Origin: Bacilli bacterium
GTDB taxonomy: Bacteria; Bacillota_I; Bacilli_A; RFN20; DUOF01
Length of the DNA: 64,000 nt
Direction: 5' to 3'
NCBI GenBank assembly: GCA_045118975.1
Contig: JBGVCT010000008.1
Coordinates: 2,300-66,299, forward strand
Below are positions 33,155-43,223 of the stretch, piece after piece (position 1 is the first letter of the stretch; every line of letters begins with the position of its first letter). The notes under the pieces are model-generated. The model was not told the origin of the DNA. It ran no database searches and saw only the letters and a program-made list of their open reading frames with translations. The position numbers were made by a program, and so were the translations under genes.

Positions 33155-35326
33155 TTAAATATCATTGCTAGGATTCACTATTATTGTAATTTTAACTCTA
33201 TTATTTTTTAAGTTTCTTTCTTTGAGTTCTTTAAATATTTCTATACTTCTTTTTGAATCCCTGTATTTAACCATCAGTTTTAATCTATATACATTATTTA
33301 TTTTTGAAATATATGGCACGCTAGGGCCTAAAACAGTGAAATTCTTTTCCCCTAAATTTTCTAAATATAACTTACTTTCTTTGGCAAATTTATATAAATC
33401 ACTATACTCTTTTCCCATGAACACAAGATAGGCAATATTTCTAAATGGAGGATATTCCATTCTCTTTCTATAAGCTAATTCCTTACTACAAAACAGTTCA
33501 TAGTTATAAGTACTTGCCTCATTTAATAATTCATTATCTTTATTGTGAGTTTGAATTAAAGCAATGCCTTCTTTTTCACTTCTTCCTGCTCTTCCCAAGA
33601 CTTGTACAAGCAATTGATATGCCCTCTCTTTTGCTCTATAATCGCTTGCATTTAAACTGGAATCAATGTTCAAAACTGCAACTAAGGTAACATTTGGAAA
33701 ATCTAATCCCTTAGCCACCATTTGAGTTCCCACAACAATATCAACTTCATTATTTCTTATCATATCCACATACTTTAAATGACTATCTTTATTTTTTGTA
33801 GTATCTAGATCCATTCTTAGAACTCTTGCATCCTTATATAATTCTTTAACTAATTCCTCTATTCTTTGACTACCAACACCACTTTTATCAAAGAAACTAC
33901 TACCGCATTCAGGACACTTGTTCAAAGTCTCTTCCTTTCCACAATAGTGGCATTTAAGCTTATTGTCTACCTTATGATAGTTTTCACTCACATCACAATT
34001 ACTACATTTAAAAATATACCCACATTTTTTACATCTAACATATGGCGCATATCCTCTACGATTAATTAGAATAATTGTTTGTTCTTTTTTAGTTAATCTA
34101 TCTTGAATTAAATCTTTTAACTCCTTAGAAAAGAGTTCATCTTCTTCCTTATTCATATCCACTATTTTTACTAATGGTAGCTTTTTATTATTAACTCTAT
34201 TTTTTAAATATATTTGATTGTACTCTCCCTTTAAAGCCCTAATTTTAGATTCAAGGGAAGGAGTAGCACTTCCAAGCACTACTTTTGCATTATTATAATT
34301 AGCTCTATAAAGTGCTATATCTAGAGTATCATAACATGGAGTAGATTCTTGTTTATATGACTCACTATGTTCTTCATCTATTACTATTAATCCCAAATTT
34401 GAAACTGGAGCAAAAATAGCACTTCTAGTACCAATCACTACTCTTACATCACCTTTTTTAATTCTTCGGTATTCATCATATTTTTCCCCTTCAGATAATG
34501 AGGAATGAAGTAAAGCTAATTCATCTTTAAAATAGCTTTTAAATCTAGCTGCTATTTGGCTTGTTAATATAATTTCAGGAACAAGGAGAATGATATTTTC
34601 CCCCTTGTTATAATAGTGCTTAGCTAAAGTGAAATACACTTCACTCTTACCACTTCCAGTAACCCCCTCAACAAGATTACATCTTTTATCATCATTTATG
34701 ATTTTATCAACAGCCTCTTGTTGTTCATTATTTAAAACAAGTTCCCTAGAATAATCTTTATTCTCACTAATATTAGCCTTTCTAAACTGCTCAATATTAA
34801 TTTTTTCAATACACCCTTTATTAACCAAAGCATTCGCTATAGCCACATTAACATCCTTAGATAACACTTCTTTTTGAGCCTTAATATATTCTAGTAATTC
34901 TTTTTGCTTTAAGGTTAATCCCTCAACTTCCATTTTATATTTATACCCAAGCAAATACTTTATAGAACTTCTTTTTACACTCTTAGGTTTTAATGTCTTT
35001 GGTAGCATAACCTGAAGGCAAGAAATAAGTGGAGAAACATACTTATATGACATATAAGAGGCAACATCCAATAATTCTTCATTTACTAAAGCCTCATCAT
35101 CAATAACACTGCTTATATAATTCAGTTTAAACCCATATTCTTCTTCTAATTCTTCCTTACTAGCACTACTAAAAGAGGTATCAAGAACATACCCCACCAC
35201 ATCACGATGATTAAAATTAACATTTACCCTTTTGCCAATAATAGAGTCTTCTCCACTATATAAATAATCAAATGTTTTATCTAATTTATCATCGCTATAT
35301 TCAATTACCACACTAGCAATCTGCAT
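33155..35326 (-). CDS. priA: primosomal protein N' (replication restart helicase PriA)
   Basis: Walker A GVTGSGKSEVY, DEEH box, zinc-binding region CKKCGYIFKCSNCD...CHYCG...CPECG, and the helicase C-terminal motifs. Confidence 0.95.
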   Translation of the reverse strand: MQIASVVIEYSDDKLDKTFDYLYSGEDSIIGKRVNVNFNHRDVVGYVLDTSFSSASKEELEEEYGFKLNYISSVIDDEALVNEELLDVASYMSYKYVSPLISCLQVMLPKTLKPKSVKRSSIKYLLGYKYKMEVEGLTLKQKELLEYIKAQKEVLSKDVNVAIANALVNKGCIEKINIEQFRKANISENKDYSRELVLNNEQQEAVDKIINDDKRCNLVEGVTGSGKSEVYFTLAKHYYNKGENIILLVPEIILTSQIAARFKSYFKDELALLHSSLSEGEKYDEYRRIKKGDVRVVIGTRSAIFAPVSNLGLIVIDEEHSESYKQESTPCYDTLDIALYRANYNNAKVVLGSATPSLESKIRALKGEYNQIYLKNRVNNKKLPLVKIVDMNKEEDELFSKELKDLIQDRLTKKEQTIILINRRGYAPYVRCKKCGYIFKCSNCDVSENYHKVDNKLKCHYCGKEETLNKCPECGSSFFDKSGVGSQRIEELVKELYKDARVLRMDLDTTKNKDSHLKYVDMIRNNEVDIVVGTQMVAKGLDFPNVTLVAVLNIDSSLNASDYRAKERAYQLLVQVLGRAGRSEKEGIALIQTHNKDNELLNEASTYNYELFCSKELAYRKRMEYPPFRNIAYLVFMGKEYSDLYKFAKESKLYLENLGEKNFTVLGPSVPYISKINNVYRLKLMVKYRDSKRSIEIFKELKERNLKNNRVKITIIVNPSNDI

Positions 35327-36263
35327 TATTACTCCTATGCATTTTTTGAATTATTTTTGGTCTATAATTATATATAAAACCATTCATATTTTCCCAATCT
35401 AAAATATCCTGTTCACTAATAGATAGTGACTTTTTAGCAATTTTACCATCTTCATTTATGTCATCTTCACTCATAACAATTCGAGGATTAAATAACCTAA
35501 TTTTAGCAAGATTATACGCTACAACTCTATTATGACCATCTTTAATAAATAGCGTATCATGAATTCTTATAAGTTCAACTTGTTCAAGTGACTCATGTCT
35601 ATATATCTTATCTAAATACCCATCTACCTTTTCTTTATTAATACGATCAATAGACATTGTAGGAAATACAAATTCTGGAGAAATCCACAGTTTTTCATAT
35701 GGTTGATTAAGTGTCTTTTTCTTATAACACTCCATAATAATTTCAACAGCCTCTAAAGGATTAATATAACTTGTATCGATTACTAAATCATAGTTAGTTA
35801 AATCCTCACAATTTATACCATATATTTCCTTATATCTTTTATTTTCTAAAACTCTTCTTTCAACAAGTGCATCAATTGCCTCTTCTAAAGTATCATAACT
35901 TTCATCAGCACTCTTTCTAGTAAGATATGTTCTAGTTGCAGCTTGATAGGGAGATACCACTATAAATATGTTGAAAGTCTTTTCCAAAAAATGCCATGCT
36001 AATCTAGAATCAAAAATAACATTCTCATCTTCTCTTACATTGTGAAATTCTTCAACCATTTTTTGATCTATAAGTCTATCAACTTCATTTTCACCTTGAG
36101 CAGTAAGTTCTTTTGTCATATCCAAAACACTTATATTTTTTTCTTTACCAAGTTGTCTAAATATTCCACCCGCATGAACTCTTCTAAAGTTATATTCTCT
36201 TTGTAAAATTTCACAAATAGTAGTTTTCCCACTACCCATATAACCAGTTATAGTAAAAATCAT
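35313..36263 (-). CDS. fusion protein: archaeal-type cytidylate-kinase-like P-loop domain + C-terminal ParB/sulfiredoxin-like domain
   Basis: aa 1-180 MIFTITGYMGSGKTTICEIL...HAGGIFRQLGKEK...VIFDSRLAWHF...RRVLENKRYKEIYGINCEDLTNYDLVIDTS follows the archaeal-type CMP kinase pattern. aa ~190-265 ISPEFVFPTMSIDRI...VELIRIHDTLFIKDGHNRVVAY carries the DGHxR ParB/Srx signature. Confidence 0.6.
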   Translation of the reverse strand: MIFTITGYMGSGKTTICEILQREYNFRRVHAGGIFRQLGKEKNISVLDMTKELTAQGENEVDRLIDQKMVEEFHNVREDENVIFDSRLAWHFLEKTFNIFIVVSPYQAATRTYLTRKSADESYDTLEEAIDALVERRVLENKRYKEIYGINCEDLTNYDLVIDTSYINPLEAVEIIMECYKKKTLNQPYEKLWISPEFVFPTMSIDRINKEKVDGYLDKIYRHESLEQVELIRIHDTLFIKDGHNRVVAYNLAKIRLFNPRIVMSEDDINEDGKIAKKSLSISEQDILDWENMNGFIYNYRPKIIQKMHRSNNADC

Positions 36264-37018
36264 TATTTTTCCCCCTTTATATAATACATAGCAATACTAC
36301 CTGCAACAGAAACATTAAGAGAATCAATTTTACTAGACATATGTATTTTCACAATCTCATCTGCAACTTCTTTACTTATTTCACTAACACCATTTCCCTC
36401 ATTCCCTAAAACAAGAGCACATTTTTTATGCGGCTTCAATTCTTCTAAATAAAGACTATTATCAGTTAATGCTGTAGCATATATTTTAAACTTTTCTTCC
36501 TTTAAAAAATGAAATATATGCTCTAAACTATCTCTTTTAATATTGATTTTAAAAATCGCTCCTTGGCTTGCTCTAATAACTTTATCATTATAGATATCCA
36601 CACTATTATCACTAATAAACACTTGATTATAATTAAAAGCTAAAGCACTCCTTAAAAGTGTCCCAACATTGCCTGGATCTTGAAGATTATCAAGGACAAG
36701 TACTTTAGAAAGCCCTTGAACATATACTTCTCTTTTTCTTACAACACCAATTATTCCTTGTGGAGATTTAGTATAAGATAACTTATTAACAATTGCTTCA
36801 TTTACAATTATAGTATTATCTTCATTAATAATATCTAAATATTTTTCTAAAGCATCCTCATCTACTAAGATTGTTTCTAGATTACCCGCTTCTTGAGCCA
36901 TCCTCACAAGATGCTCTCCTTCAATTATAAAAAGGGATGTCATATCTCTATATTTCTTTTCTTTTAACTTCGCTATATCTTTTATAGATTGATTTTGAAT
37001 TGATTTAATAATTCTCAT
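36263..37018 (-). CDS. TrmH/SpoU-family RNA 2'-O-methyltransferase
   Basis: SPOUT motifs DNLQDPGNVGTLLRSA, LVLGNEGNGVS and SLNVSVAGSIAMY. Start moved to MRIIKS. Confidence 0.85.
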   Translation of the reverse strand: MRIIKSIQNQSIKDIAKLKEKKYRDMTSLFIIEGEHLVRMAQEAGNLETILVDEDALEKYLDIINEDNTIIVNEAIVNKLSYTKSPQGIIGVVRKREVYVQGLSKVLVLDNLQDPGNVGTLLRSALAFNYNQVFISDNSVDIYNDKVIRASQGAIFKINIKRDSLEHIFHFLKEEKFKIYATALTDNSLYLEELKPHKKCALVLGNEGNGVSEISKEVADEIVKIHMSSKIDSLNVSVAGSIAMYYIKGEK

Positions 37019-37613
37019 AATACACAAACTCCTTTTTACACTTATTTCTCATCAGAGTATAATTTGGAAAATACTTTTTAACTTCCATCCAAAACTCTTT
37101 TTGATGGTTCATATAACGTATATGACATAGTTCATGAACAATAACATATTCCACACATTCCATGTCCAAATGACCTATAAGAATATTTAAATTTATTGAA
37201 TGTGTCTTTTTATTATACTCCCCTAAATAACCTTTTACTCTTTTAAATCTAACTACAGGAATATTTAATATTCCCATATTTTTGCAAATATCTACATATC
37301 TTTCCTTTATATATTCTTTCAACTTCAAAGTAAGAAAATAGTTGATATCATCTATACTTGATACATCATAGCTAATACCTAAAACTTTAATTTTTCCATC
37401 TTTTACTATTGTCTTATCTTTTCTTTTTTCCATTTTCTTTTGTAATTTAAAATATGATTCACTCACAAAGTTTTCTATAACTCTTTTACTAACTAGATAA
37501 GGTGCTGTAACAATTATATTCCCTGACTTATCCATTCTAGCATAGAGATTTTTATTTCGTTTTTTAATAACTTCATAATATATAGTAACACCATTGCTTT
37601 CTATACTATTCAT
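37005..37613 (-). CDS. YgjP/DUF45-like (M48-related, SprT-like) metal-dependent hydrolase
   Basis: VIVHELCHIRYMNHQKEFW motif near the C-terminus. The size and layout are typical of the DUF45 family. Confidence 0.7.
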   Translation of the reverse strand: MNSIESNGVTIYYEVIKKRNKNLYARMDKSGNIIVTAPYLVSKRVIENFVSESYFKLQKKMEKRKDKTIVKDGKIKVLGISYDVSSIDDINYFLTLKLKEYIKERYVDICKNMGILNIPVVRFKRVKGYLGEYNKKTHSINLNILIGHLDMECVEYVIVHELCHIRYMNHQKEFWMEVKKYFPNYTLMRNKCKKEFVYYENY

Positions 37614-37681
37614 TACATCACCTTCTACCTATTTAATATTATTATAGAATAAATAATATTAAAAATAGATGGAAGATCCAC

Positions 37682-38764
37682 CTATTTTTTGAAATTTTTA
37701 AGTTCTTGCAACACATTTGCATCTACTCTAGAAACAAATTCAGTTAATAAATCAATACAAGCATTATAATCATTTAAGTTTACAATAGAGGTATGTGAAT
37801 GGAAATATCTACAAGGTAAAGATAAAGTTACATTTATAACTCCTTCTCTAGTCTTATTTATTTCTCCACTATCAGTTCCACCAGCAGTCAAATTATCATA
37901 TACAAAAGGTATATTCTTTTCATTACAAATATCTCTTAATAATTTAATTAATCCTTTATGCCCAATAACACTAGCATCCATAATTGATAGGGCAACACCT
38001 TTACCTAATTTACTTTCACCTTTACTAGAACCAGGAACATCATGAGACATTGTAACATCTATTGCTATAGCAATATCAGGATTAATTTTATAAGCTGCAG
38101 TTCTAGCTCCTCTTAATCCAACTTCCTCTTGAACACTACCAACACCATACAAAGTAGAGTTTAATTTTTTATCTTTTAAGTTTCTCATTACCTCTACAAT
38201 AGCAGCTGCCCCAATCCTATCATCAAACGCTTTAGAACAAACATAATTTTCATTATTCATAACCATAAACTCTGTATAGGGAATAACACTATCACCAGGA
38301 TTAATACCAAGTTCTAAAACCTCTTTTTTACTTTCTACACCTAAATCAATATATAGATCTTTTAACTCCATTACCTTATTTCTAACTTCTGGTTTCATTC
38401 CATGAGGAGGAATAGATCCAATAACTCCCATATACATTTTTCCATCCATTGTCTTAATGGTAACTTTTTGGCTTGGTAAGACATGTGGCCACCAACCACC
38501 AACTTGAGAAATTCTTAAAAATCCTTCCTCTTCAATATATGAAACAATAAATCCTACTTCATCAATGTGTCCACTAAGCATAACTTTAACATCATCATTA
38601 CCATGTTTAATTGCAATTAAAGACCCTAAATTATCATAATCAAATTCATCTACATAACCTTCTAAATACTTCTTCATAACTCTAGAAGCATCTTTTTCAT
38701 CACCACTTATACCATTAACCTCGCTGAATTCCTTTAAAAAAGCTAATTGTTCTTTTCTTTCCAT
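37682..38764 (-). CDS. M42-family aminopeptidase (glutamyl aminopeptidase / YsdC-FrvX type)
   Basis: GISGDE, SGHIDEVGF, AFDDRIG, QEEVGLRGA and D.T motifs in canonical order. Confidence 0.85.
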   Translation of the reverse strand: MERKEQLAFLKEFSEVNGISGDEKDASRVMKKYLEGYVDEFDYDNLGSLIAIKHGNDDVKVMLSGHIDEVGFIVSYIEEEGFLRISQVGGWWPHVLPSQKVTIKTMDGKMYMGVIGSIPPHGMKPEVRNKVMELKDLYIDLGVESKKEVLELGINPGDSVIPYTEFMVMNNENYVCSKAFDDRIGAAAIVEVMRNLKDKKLNSTLYGVGSVQEEVGLRGARTAAYKINPDIAIAIDVTMSHDVPGSSKGESKLGKGVALSIMDASVIGHKGLIKLLRDICNEKNIPFVYDNLTAGGTDSGEINKTREGVINVTLSLPCRYFHSHTSIVNLNDYNACIDLLTEFVSRVDANVLQELKNFKK

Positions 38765-38812
38765 TATTTAATTCCCCCTTTATTAATTATTGATATACTT
38801 TTGAGTTTTAAA

Positions 38813-40282
38813 CTAAATATCTCTCATTCTTTTATAAACTAAAACTTGATTAGGTTTAACATGCATTTGCATAGCTAATGTCTTACCATGTATCTTTTTA
38901 TTTCTTGTCATATATAAATCATCGCTTATCTTATCTGATTTAGAATCTAATAATAATCTATAATATCCATAATAAGGCATACCAAGATCAAATTTTTCAT
39001 CTTCCAAATCACTAAAATTTATCATCATAATTATATATTCATTTCTATGAGCTATTTGATAGGCAAAATAGTTATTCTTCTTACCATTTAATAAAATATC
39101 TAAAGTATTAGAATTATGAAGAGATTTACTAGACGCATACACTTCTCCTAGCACCTTTAAACACCTTAAATATTCTTCATTCTTGCTATATTTAGTCACA
39201 CAATTATGATTAGAAATATAAGTTAGAGTTAATAATATTTTAGCTATATCATTTTTATAAGATTGATTTCCCTCTATCTTTTCTAAACACGACTCATAAT
39301 CAAAATAAAGATAAGAATTCTTCTCTATTTCTTTATAATAATCAACAAATTTATTGTGATCAAACTTACCATTTAAATTATCAATTATTTTATTTATATA
39401 CTCATCAGATAAACATTGACTCTTATTTTTATCAGATTCAAAAACCACTAATTTGTCATTAAGTGTACTTGCAAGCTCTTTATTAAAATCGCTTTCATTT
39501 AAACAAACACCATCACCATGAAAATTATTCAAGTAATAATTAATAACAGAAAGCATATACGATTTAGTACTATTTTTAGAATAATCAAAGTACATCTTTC
39601 CTGGTTCTTTTATTTTGTCCTCTTCCAAATTATAAATTGACTCACCATCAAAATCATTTAAACCATATTCATAGTCACAAAAACATTCAGTGTCAAACTT
39701 GAACATAACACCAATATTTGCTCCATGTAAGTTATTTATAAAATGTTTCAAACTAGTTTCATTACTAAAAACATCATTTACCACAAACCAATGTTTGAAA
39801 TTATATGGAGTTAAAACAACATAATTGTAGTTATATTCTTTTAAATACTCCACAAAATATCTTTGTTCATCAATATTGAAACCTTCATCAATGTAACAAG
39901 CATTATAGATGTTATCATTTTTAGTTTTATTCATCCACTTGTCATCATCAAAAACATATCCATCAGCCTCTAGTAAAACAACGTTTTTGTCATGTAAATA
40001 TCTAGCATATGGATCATCTTTTCTTATCCAAACATCTTGATTAGTTAATACTTTAAAATAATATGCATCAAACTCATTAACGCCTGGAACCCTAACTTCA
40101 AATACTCCCCTGAAATCAATTTTATTCATTTTGTATGAATTGCCTAAAACCACAACCTCTACTTCTTTTGCATGGGGTGCATATACTTTAAAACTAGCAC
40201 CATCACTAACCTTGAAAGCACCAAATTCTAAATAAGCCTCACTACTATTACCGGCGATAAATTTATCTACTTGACTACTCAT
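38813..40282 (-). CDS. 1,4-alpha-glucan branching enzyme-like protein (GH13/CBM48-like N-terminus) with apparently degenerate catalytic motifs
   Basis: The N-terminal EFGAFKVSDGASFKVYAPHAKEVEVVVLGNSYKM...GVFEVRVPG...YYFKV...KDDPYARY matches the GlgB N-terminal module. Positions expected for DWVPGH and GxRVDAV read FKFDTECF and GDGVCLNES. Confidence 0.5.
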   Translation of the reverse strand: MSSQVDKFIAGNSSEAYLEFGAFKVSDGASFKVYAPHAKEVEVVVLGNSYKMNKIDFRGVFEVRVPGVNEFDAYYFKVLTNQDVWIRKDDPYARYLHDKNVVLLEADGYVFDDDKWMNKTKNDNIYNACYIDEGFNIDEQRYFVEYLKEYNYNYVVLTPYNFKHWFVVNDVFSNETSLKHFINNLHGANIGVMFKFDTECFCDYEYGLNDFDGESIYNLEEDKIKEPGKMYFDYSKNSTKSYMLSVINYYLNNFHGDGVCLNESDFNKELASTLNDKLVVFESDKNKSQCLSDEYINKIIDNLNGKFDHNKFVDYYKEIEKNSYLYFDYESCLEKIEGNQSYKNDIAKILLTLTYISNHNCVTKYSKNEEYLRCLKVLGEVYASSKSLHNSNTLDILLNGKKNNYFAYQIAHRNEYIIMMINFSDLEDEKFDLGMPYYGYYRLLLDSKSDKISDDLYMTRNKKIHGKTLAMQMHVKPNQVLVYKRMRDI

Positions 40283-40469
40283 CTTTACCTCTTGTTAATT
40301 CTGTATTACAAACAGGACAGAAATTTTTAAATAAAGTCCCCTCAAGTGCTTTTTGTCTTAAAACAGGATCATTTTGTAACATATATGAATTTGTAGACAA
40401 AACCACAGGCACCTCATATTCCTTTTTACAATTTTTACAATATAATTTTTCTCTTATTATCTTAGTCAT
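40275..40469 (-). CDS. small zinc-ribbon protein (CpXC-like)
   Basis: 64 aa with CKNC...(36 aa)...CPVC. AGAGGTG RBS. Its 3' end overlaps the start of the branching-enzyme-like gene by 8 nt. Confidence 0.5.
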   Translation of the reverse strand: MTKIIREKLYCKNCKKEYEVPVVLSTNSYMLQNDPVLRQKALEGTLFKNFCPVCNTELTRGKDE

Positions 40470-40570
40470 ATTAACACCTCTTTTATATTATAAAAGATTT
40501 TCTAGTAATCTACTATATTTCATTGTTAAATCTTAGATTTCATAATACAATTTACTAGGGAGGAATATAT

Positions 40571-41137
40571 ATGAATATTCAAAAAGATTTTAAAAACACA
40601 TTGAACAAAAAAGATTACATAATTTATTTATTAACAACTAACAATATACTTCTAATTTCACCACTTATTATTATTTGCTTACTCATAGCAATTATCTATT
40701 CGATAACAAAAGTTGGATTCAAATTTGAAACAGTTATTTATATGTTGCCAATTATATTATTTATTCTAAGTTACATCAAAATGTATAAAGTAATACGTAA
40801 TACACTTAAATCTCAAAAAGATATATATGAATTAAACATAACATTAACAGATAATGAATACAAAGACATTACAAATGGTGAACACAACTCATTTGCATAT
40901 TCAAAAGCTTATTGTTATAAAGAGACAAAAAACTATTTCTATTTACACATAGATAAAAGTAATGCACTTATTATTCCAAAAAGAAAATTTGAAAATGAAG
41001 AAATAAATAAAATAAGAACTACATTTTCCTCTAAAATGAGAAAAGAAAATATTATTACAATAACTTCGATAATTACAACAATGGTATTTCTTATTCTTGT
41101 ATCACTAATAACAATATCTTTATTTACTATAAAATAA
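40571..41137 (+). CDS. membrane protein, YcxB-like (two TM helices + soluble domain + C-terminal TM)
   Basis: Hydrophobic segments LISPLIIICLLIAIIY / VIYMLPIILFILSYI and a C-terminal ITTMVFLILVSLITISLF. GGGAGG RBS. The family call is tentative. Confidence 0.35.
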   Translation: MNIQKDFKNTLNKKDYIIYLLTTNNILLISPLIIICLLIAIIYSITKVGFKFETVIYMLPIILFILSYIKMYKVIRNTLKSQKDIYELNITLTDNEYKDITNGEHNSFAYSKAYCYKETKNYFYLHIDKSNALIIPKRKFENEEINKIRTTFSSKMRKENIITITSIITTMVFLILVSLITISLFTIK

Positions 41138-41165
41138 AAAAGGTTCAAATCGAACCTTTTTATTT
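41137..41165. terminator. bidirectional intrinsic terminator between the YcxB-like gene and cdaA
   Basis: Stem AAAAGGTTC/GAACCTTTT with a 5-nt loop, flanked by A-run and T-run. Confidence 0.7.
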
Positions 41166-41921
41166 TTCCATTTCTCTTTTAAATATTTGCATGAAACTTT
41201 CTCTTGTAACAGCTTGTAGTTCACCATCAATAGCAAGAGAGATTCTTCCAGTTTCTTCACTTACTACAACAGTTACAGCATCGCATACTTCACTAATTCC
41301 TAAACTTGCTCTATGTCTAGCACCATATTTACCATTCATTGGTTTTACAGTTGGAATATAATATACAGAAGCCGCTACTATTGTATTTCCACGAATAATA
41401 ACCGCTCCATCATGTAATGTTGTACCATCATAGAAAATAGTAGTTAATAATTCTTGGCATACAGGAGCATTAATTTTAACTCCTTTATTTATATACTCAT
41501 CTAGTGAGTTGTGTTTTTCAAATGTCATAATAGCACCAGTTTTAGATGTCGATAACGCTGCCACTGTACTATTAATAATCTTATATAATTGACGTCTCTC
41601 TTCTGTAGTAGTTGCATTCTCTTTAGCAGTCTTTTTTCTTTTTAGAAGCTTATTCATCTTTTGATCATTTGAAACAATTACTGCAGTAAATAAAGCTATA
41701 CTTATCGCAATACATAGATGTGATACCAAATCCATTCCTAATAAGTTAACAATTATATTTGCAATAGTAACCAGAATTAGAGGCAATCCTATATTTGATC
41801 TAACAAAAACCTTCTTTACAATTAAGTAGGCAATGATCACTAATGCTAGATAAATTAAACTATCAGTCAATGTTACTATCCAATTAAATTCTTCTGGTAT
41901 AAACATAAACATCATCTCCAC
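41160..41921 (-). CDS. cdaA: diadenylate cyclase CdaA (c-di-AMP synthase)
   Basis: Three N-terminal TM helices, then DisA_N motifs DGAVIIRGN, GARHRASLGISE and VVVSEETGRISLA. Confidence 0.9.
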   Translation of the reverse strand: MEMMFMFIPEEFNWIVTLTDSLIYLALVIIAYLIVKKVFVRSNIGLPLILVTIANIIVNLLGMDLVSHLCIAISIALFTAVIVSNDQKMNKLLKRKKTAKENATTTEERRQLYKIINSTVAALSTSKTGAIMTFEKHNSLDEYINKGVKINAPVCQELLTTIFYDGTTLHDGAVIIRGNTIVAASVYYIPTVKPMNGKYGARHRASLGISEVCDAVTVVVSEETGRISLAIDGELQAVTRESFMQIFKREMEK

Positions 41922-41985
41922 ATTTTCATTATATCTAGATTTACATATTTATAGGATAAATTAGTCCTTTTTTTTAATTATTAGA

Positions 41986-42012
41986 TTAAAAAAGCCCTCT
42001 TTTCGAGGGCTT
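41986..42012 (-). terminator. intrinsic terminator after cvpA
   Basis: Stem AGCCCTC/GAGGGCT (41993-42011), followed on the minus strand by a T6 run. Confidence 0.75.
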
Positions 42013-42035
42013 TAATTAATTTATAAGTACTTTCT

Positions 42036-43028
42036 TTAGATTACAAATAAACTAGCAAATTTTTCAGCTACAGCTACGCCATACAATTTTTCAAGTTTCA
42101 AAATTACATTAAATGCATTTTCAACACCTTCAAAATCTTCTGCCTCACCATGCAATGTAACCATTTGTGATATTGCTTTATTTAATGCATCTGCAGTTAA
42201 TTCTTTCATTTCTTCAAATCCTGCAAGTGGATTTCCATTTTCATCCATAAATATAGCTTGTTGTGCATTTAAAATGTACTCTATTTGATTTGCTGCTAAT
42301 CTAGCATCTTCTTCATCAAATTCATCACCTTTTGGAGCTAATGAAGAATTACCTAACACATCTGCCATTCCAATAAAGTTTTGAATGTCTTCATCTTTTA
42401 CTTTAGCTAGCACATTACCTTTTAATGCTAATATAGTTATGTTTGCTTCAATCTTTTCTGAATCTCCACCAAATGCATCTATTAGCATATTATCTGCTCT
42501 TACTATGTATTGACTAACATATGAGTTATCATAAGTCTTATCAACACCAACAAGAGGATTATCAGCTAAAGATAATAAGAAGATAAGCATTACTCCATGA
42601 ATTAAGAAACCAAAAATACCACCAAATACTCTACTAACAGGAGATAATTGTATTCTTCCAATACCATAATTTCTTCTATATAGTTTTACAATTAAAAGTT
42701 TAATAAGTCTTATAATGATATAAACTAATATTGTAAATATCATAGTAGCCATAAACATGTAGAGCATAGACATAGAAATCTTTGCTTCTGCAGAATATGA
42801 AACATTAGAGCCTATTTTAATTATGCTTCCTAGCAATCCTGCAAGATATGCCTTAATAACATTAGTAAACGGCATGAAGCCAATCACTAATGCCACAATT
42901 AATAATCCAATATTTATAAGTGTGTGTTTAACTCCCTTGAAAACACCTAGAGTAGCAAGGCCCAATAGAGCCACTACTAGTATTACATCAAGGACTATCG
43001 CATTGAATTGAGGTATCATTCCAATCAC
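42036..43028 (-). CDS. CvpA-family membrane protein with an extended soluble C-terminal region
   Basis: Four N-terminal TM helices in a CvpA-like arrangement (MIPQFNAIVLDVILVV...). The C-terminal ~170 aa is unrecognised. Confidence 0.45.
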   Translation of the reverse strand: MIGMIPQFNAIVLDVILVVALLGLATLGVFKGVKHTLINIGLLIVALVIGFMPFTNVIKAYLAGLLGSIIKIGSNVSYSAEAKISMSMLYMFMATMIFTILVYIIIRLIKLLIVKLYRRNYGIGRIQLSPVSRVFGGIFGFLIHGVMLIFLLSLADNPLVGVDKTYDNSYVSQYIVRADNMLIDAFGGDSEKIEANITILALKGNVLAKVKDEDIQNFIGMADVLGNSSLAPKGDEFDEEDARLAANQIEYILNAQQAIFMDENGNPLAGFEEMKELTADALNKAISQMVTLHGEAEDFEGVENAFNVILKLEKLYGVAVAEKFASLFVI

Positions 43029-43223
43029 ACCCTTTCTTACTAATGATTATATCATTACAGTGTATGTTTTACATCGATTTCTTCTCAATAATCTAAAAAA
43101 TGTTTATAATATTACTGGAAATATCCTCAAAATAATTCCAAATATCTGATTTTTCAGAGTCTAAACAATAAAATTAAGCAATAATTCATTTTGTTTCAAT
43201 GCAGATCAAATGATTCTTTTTTG

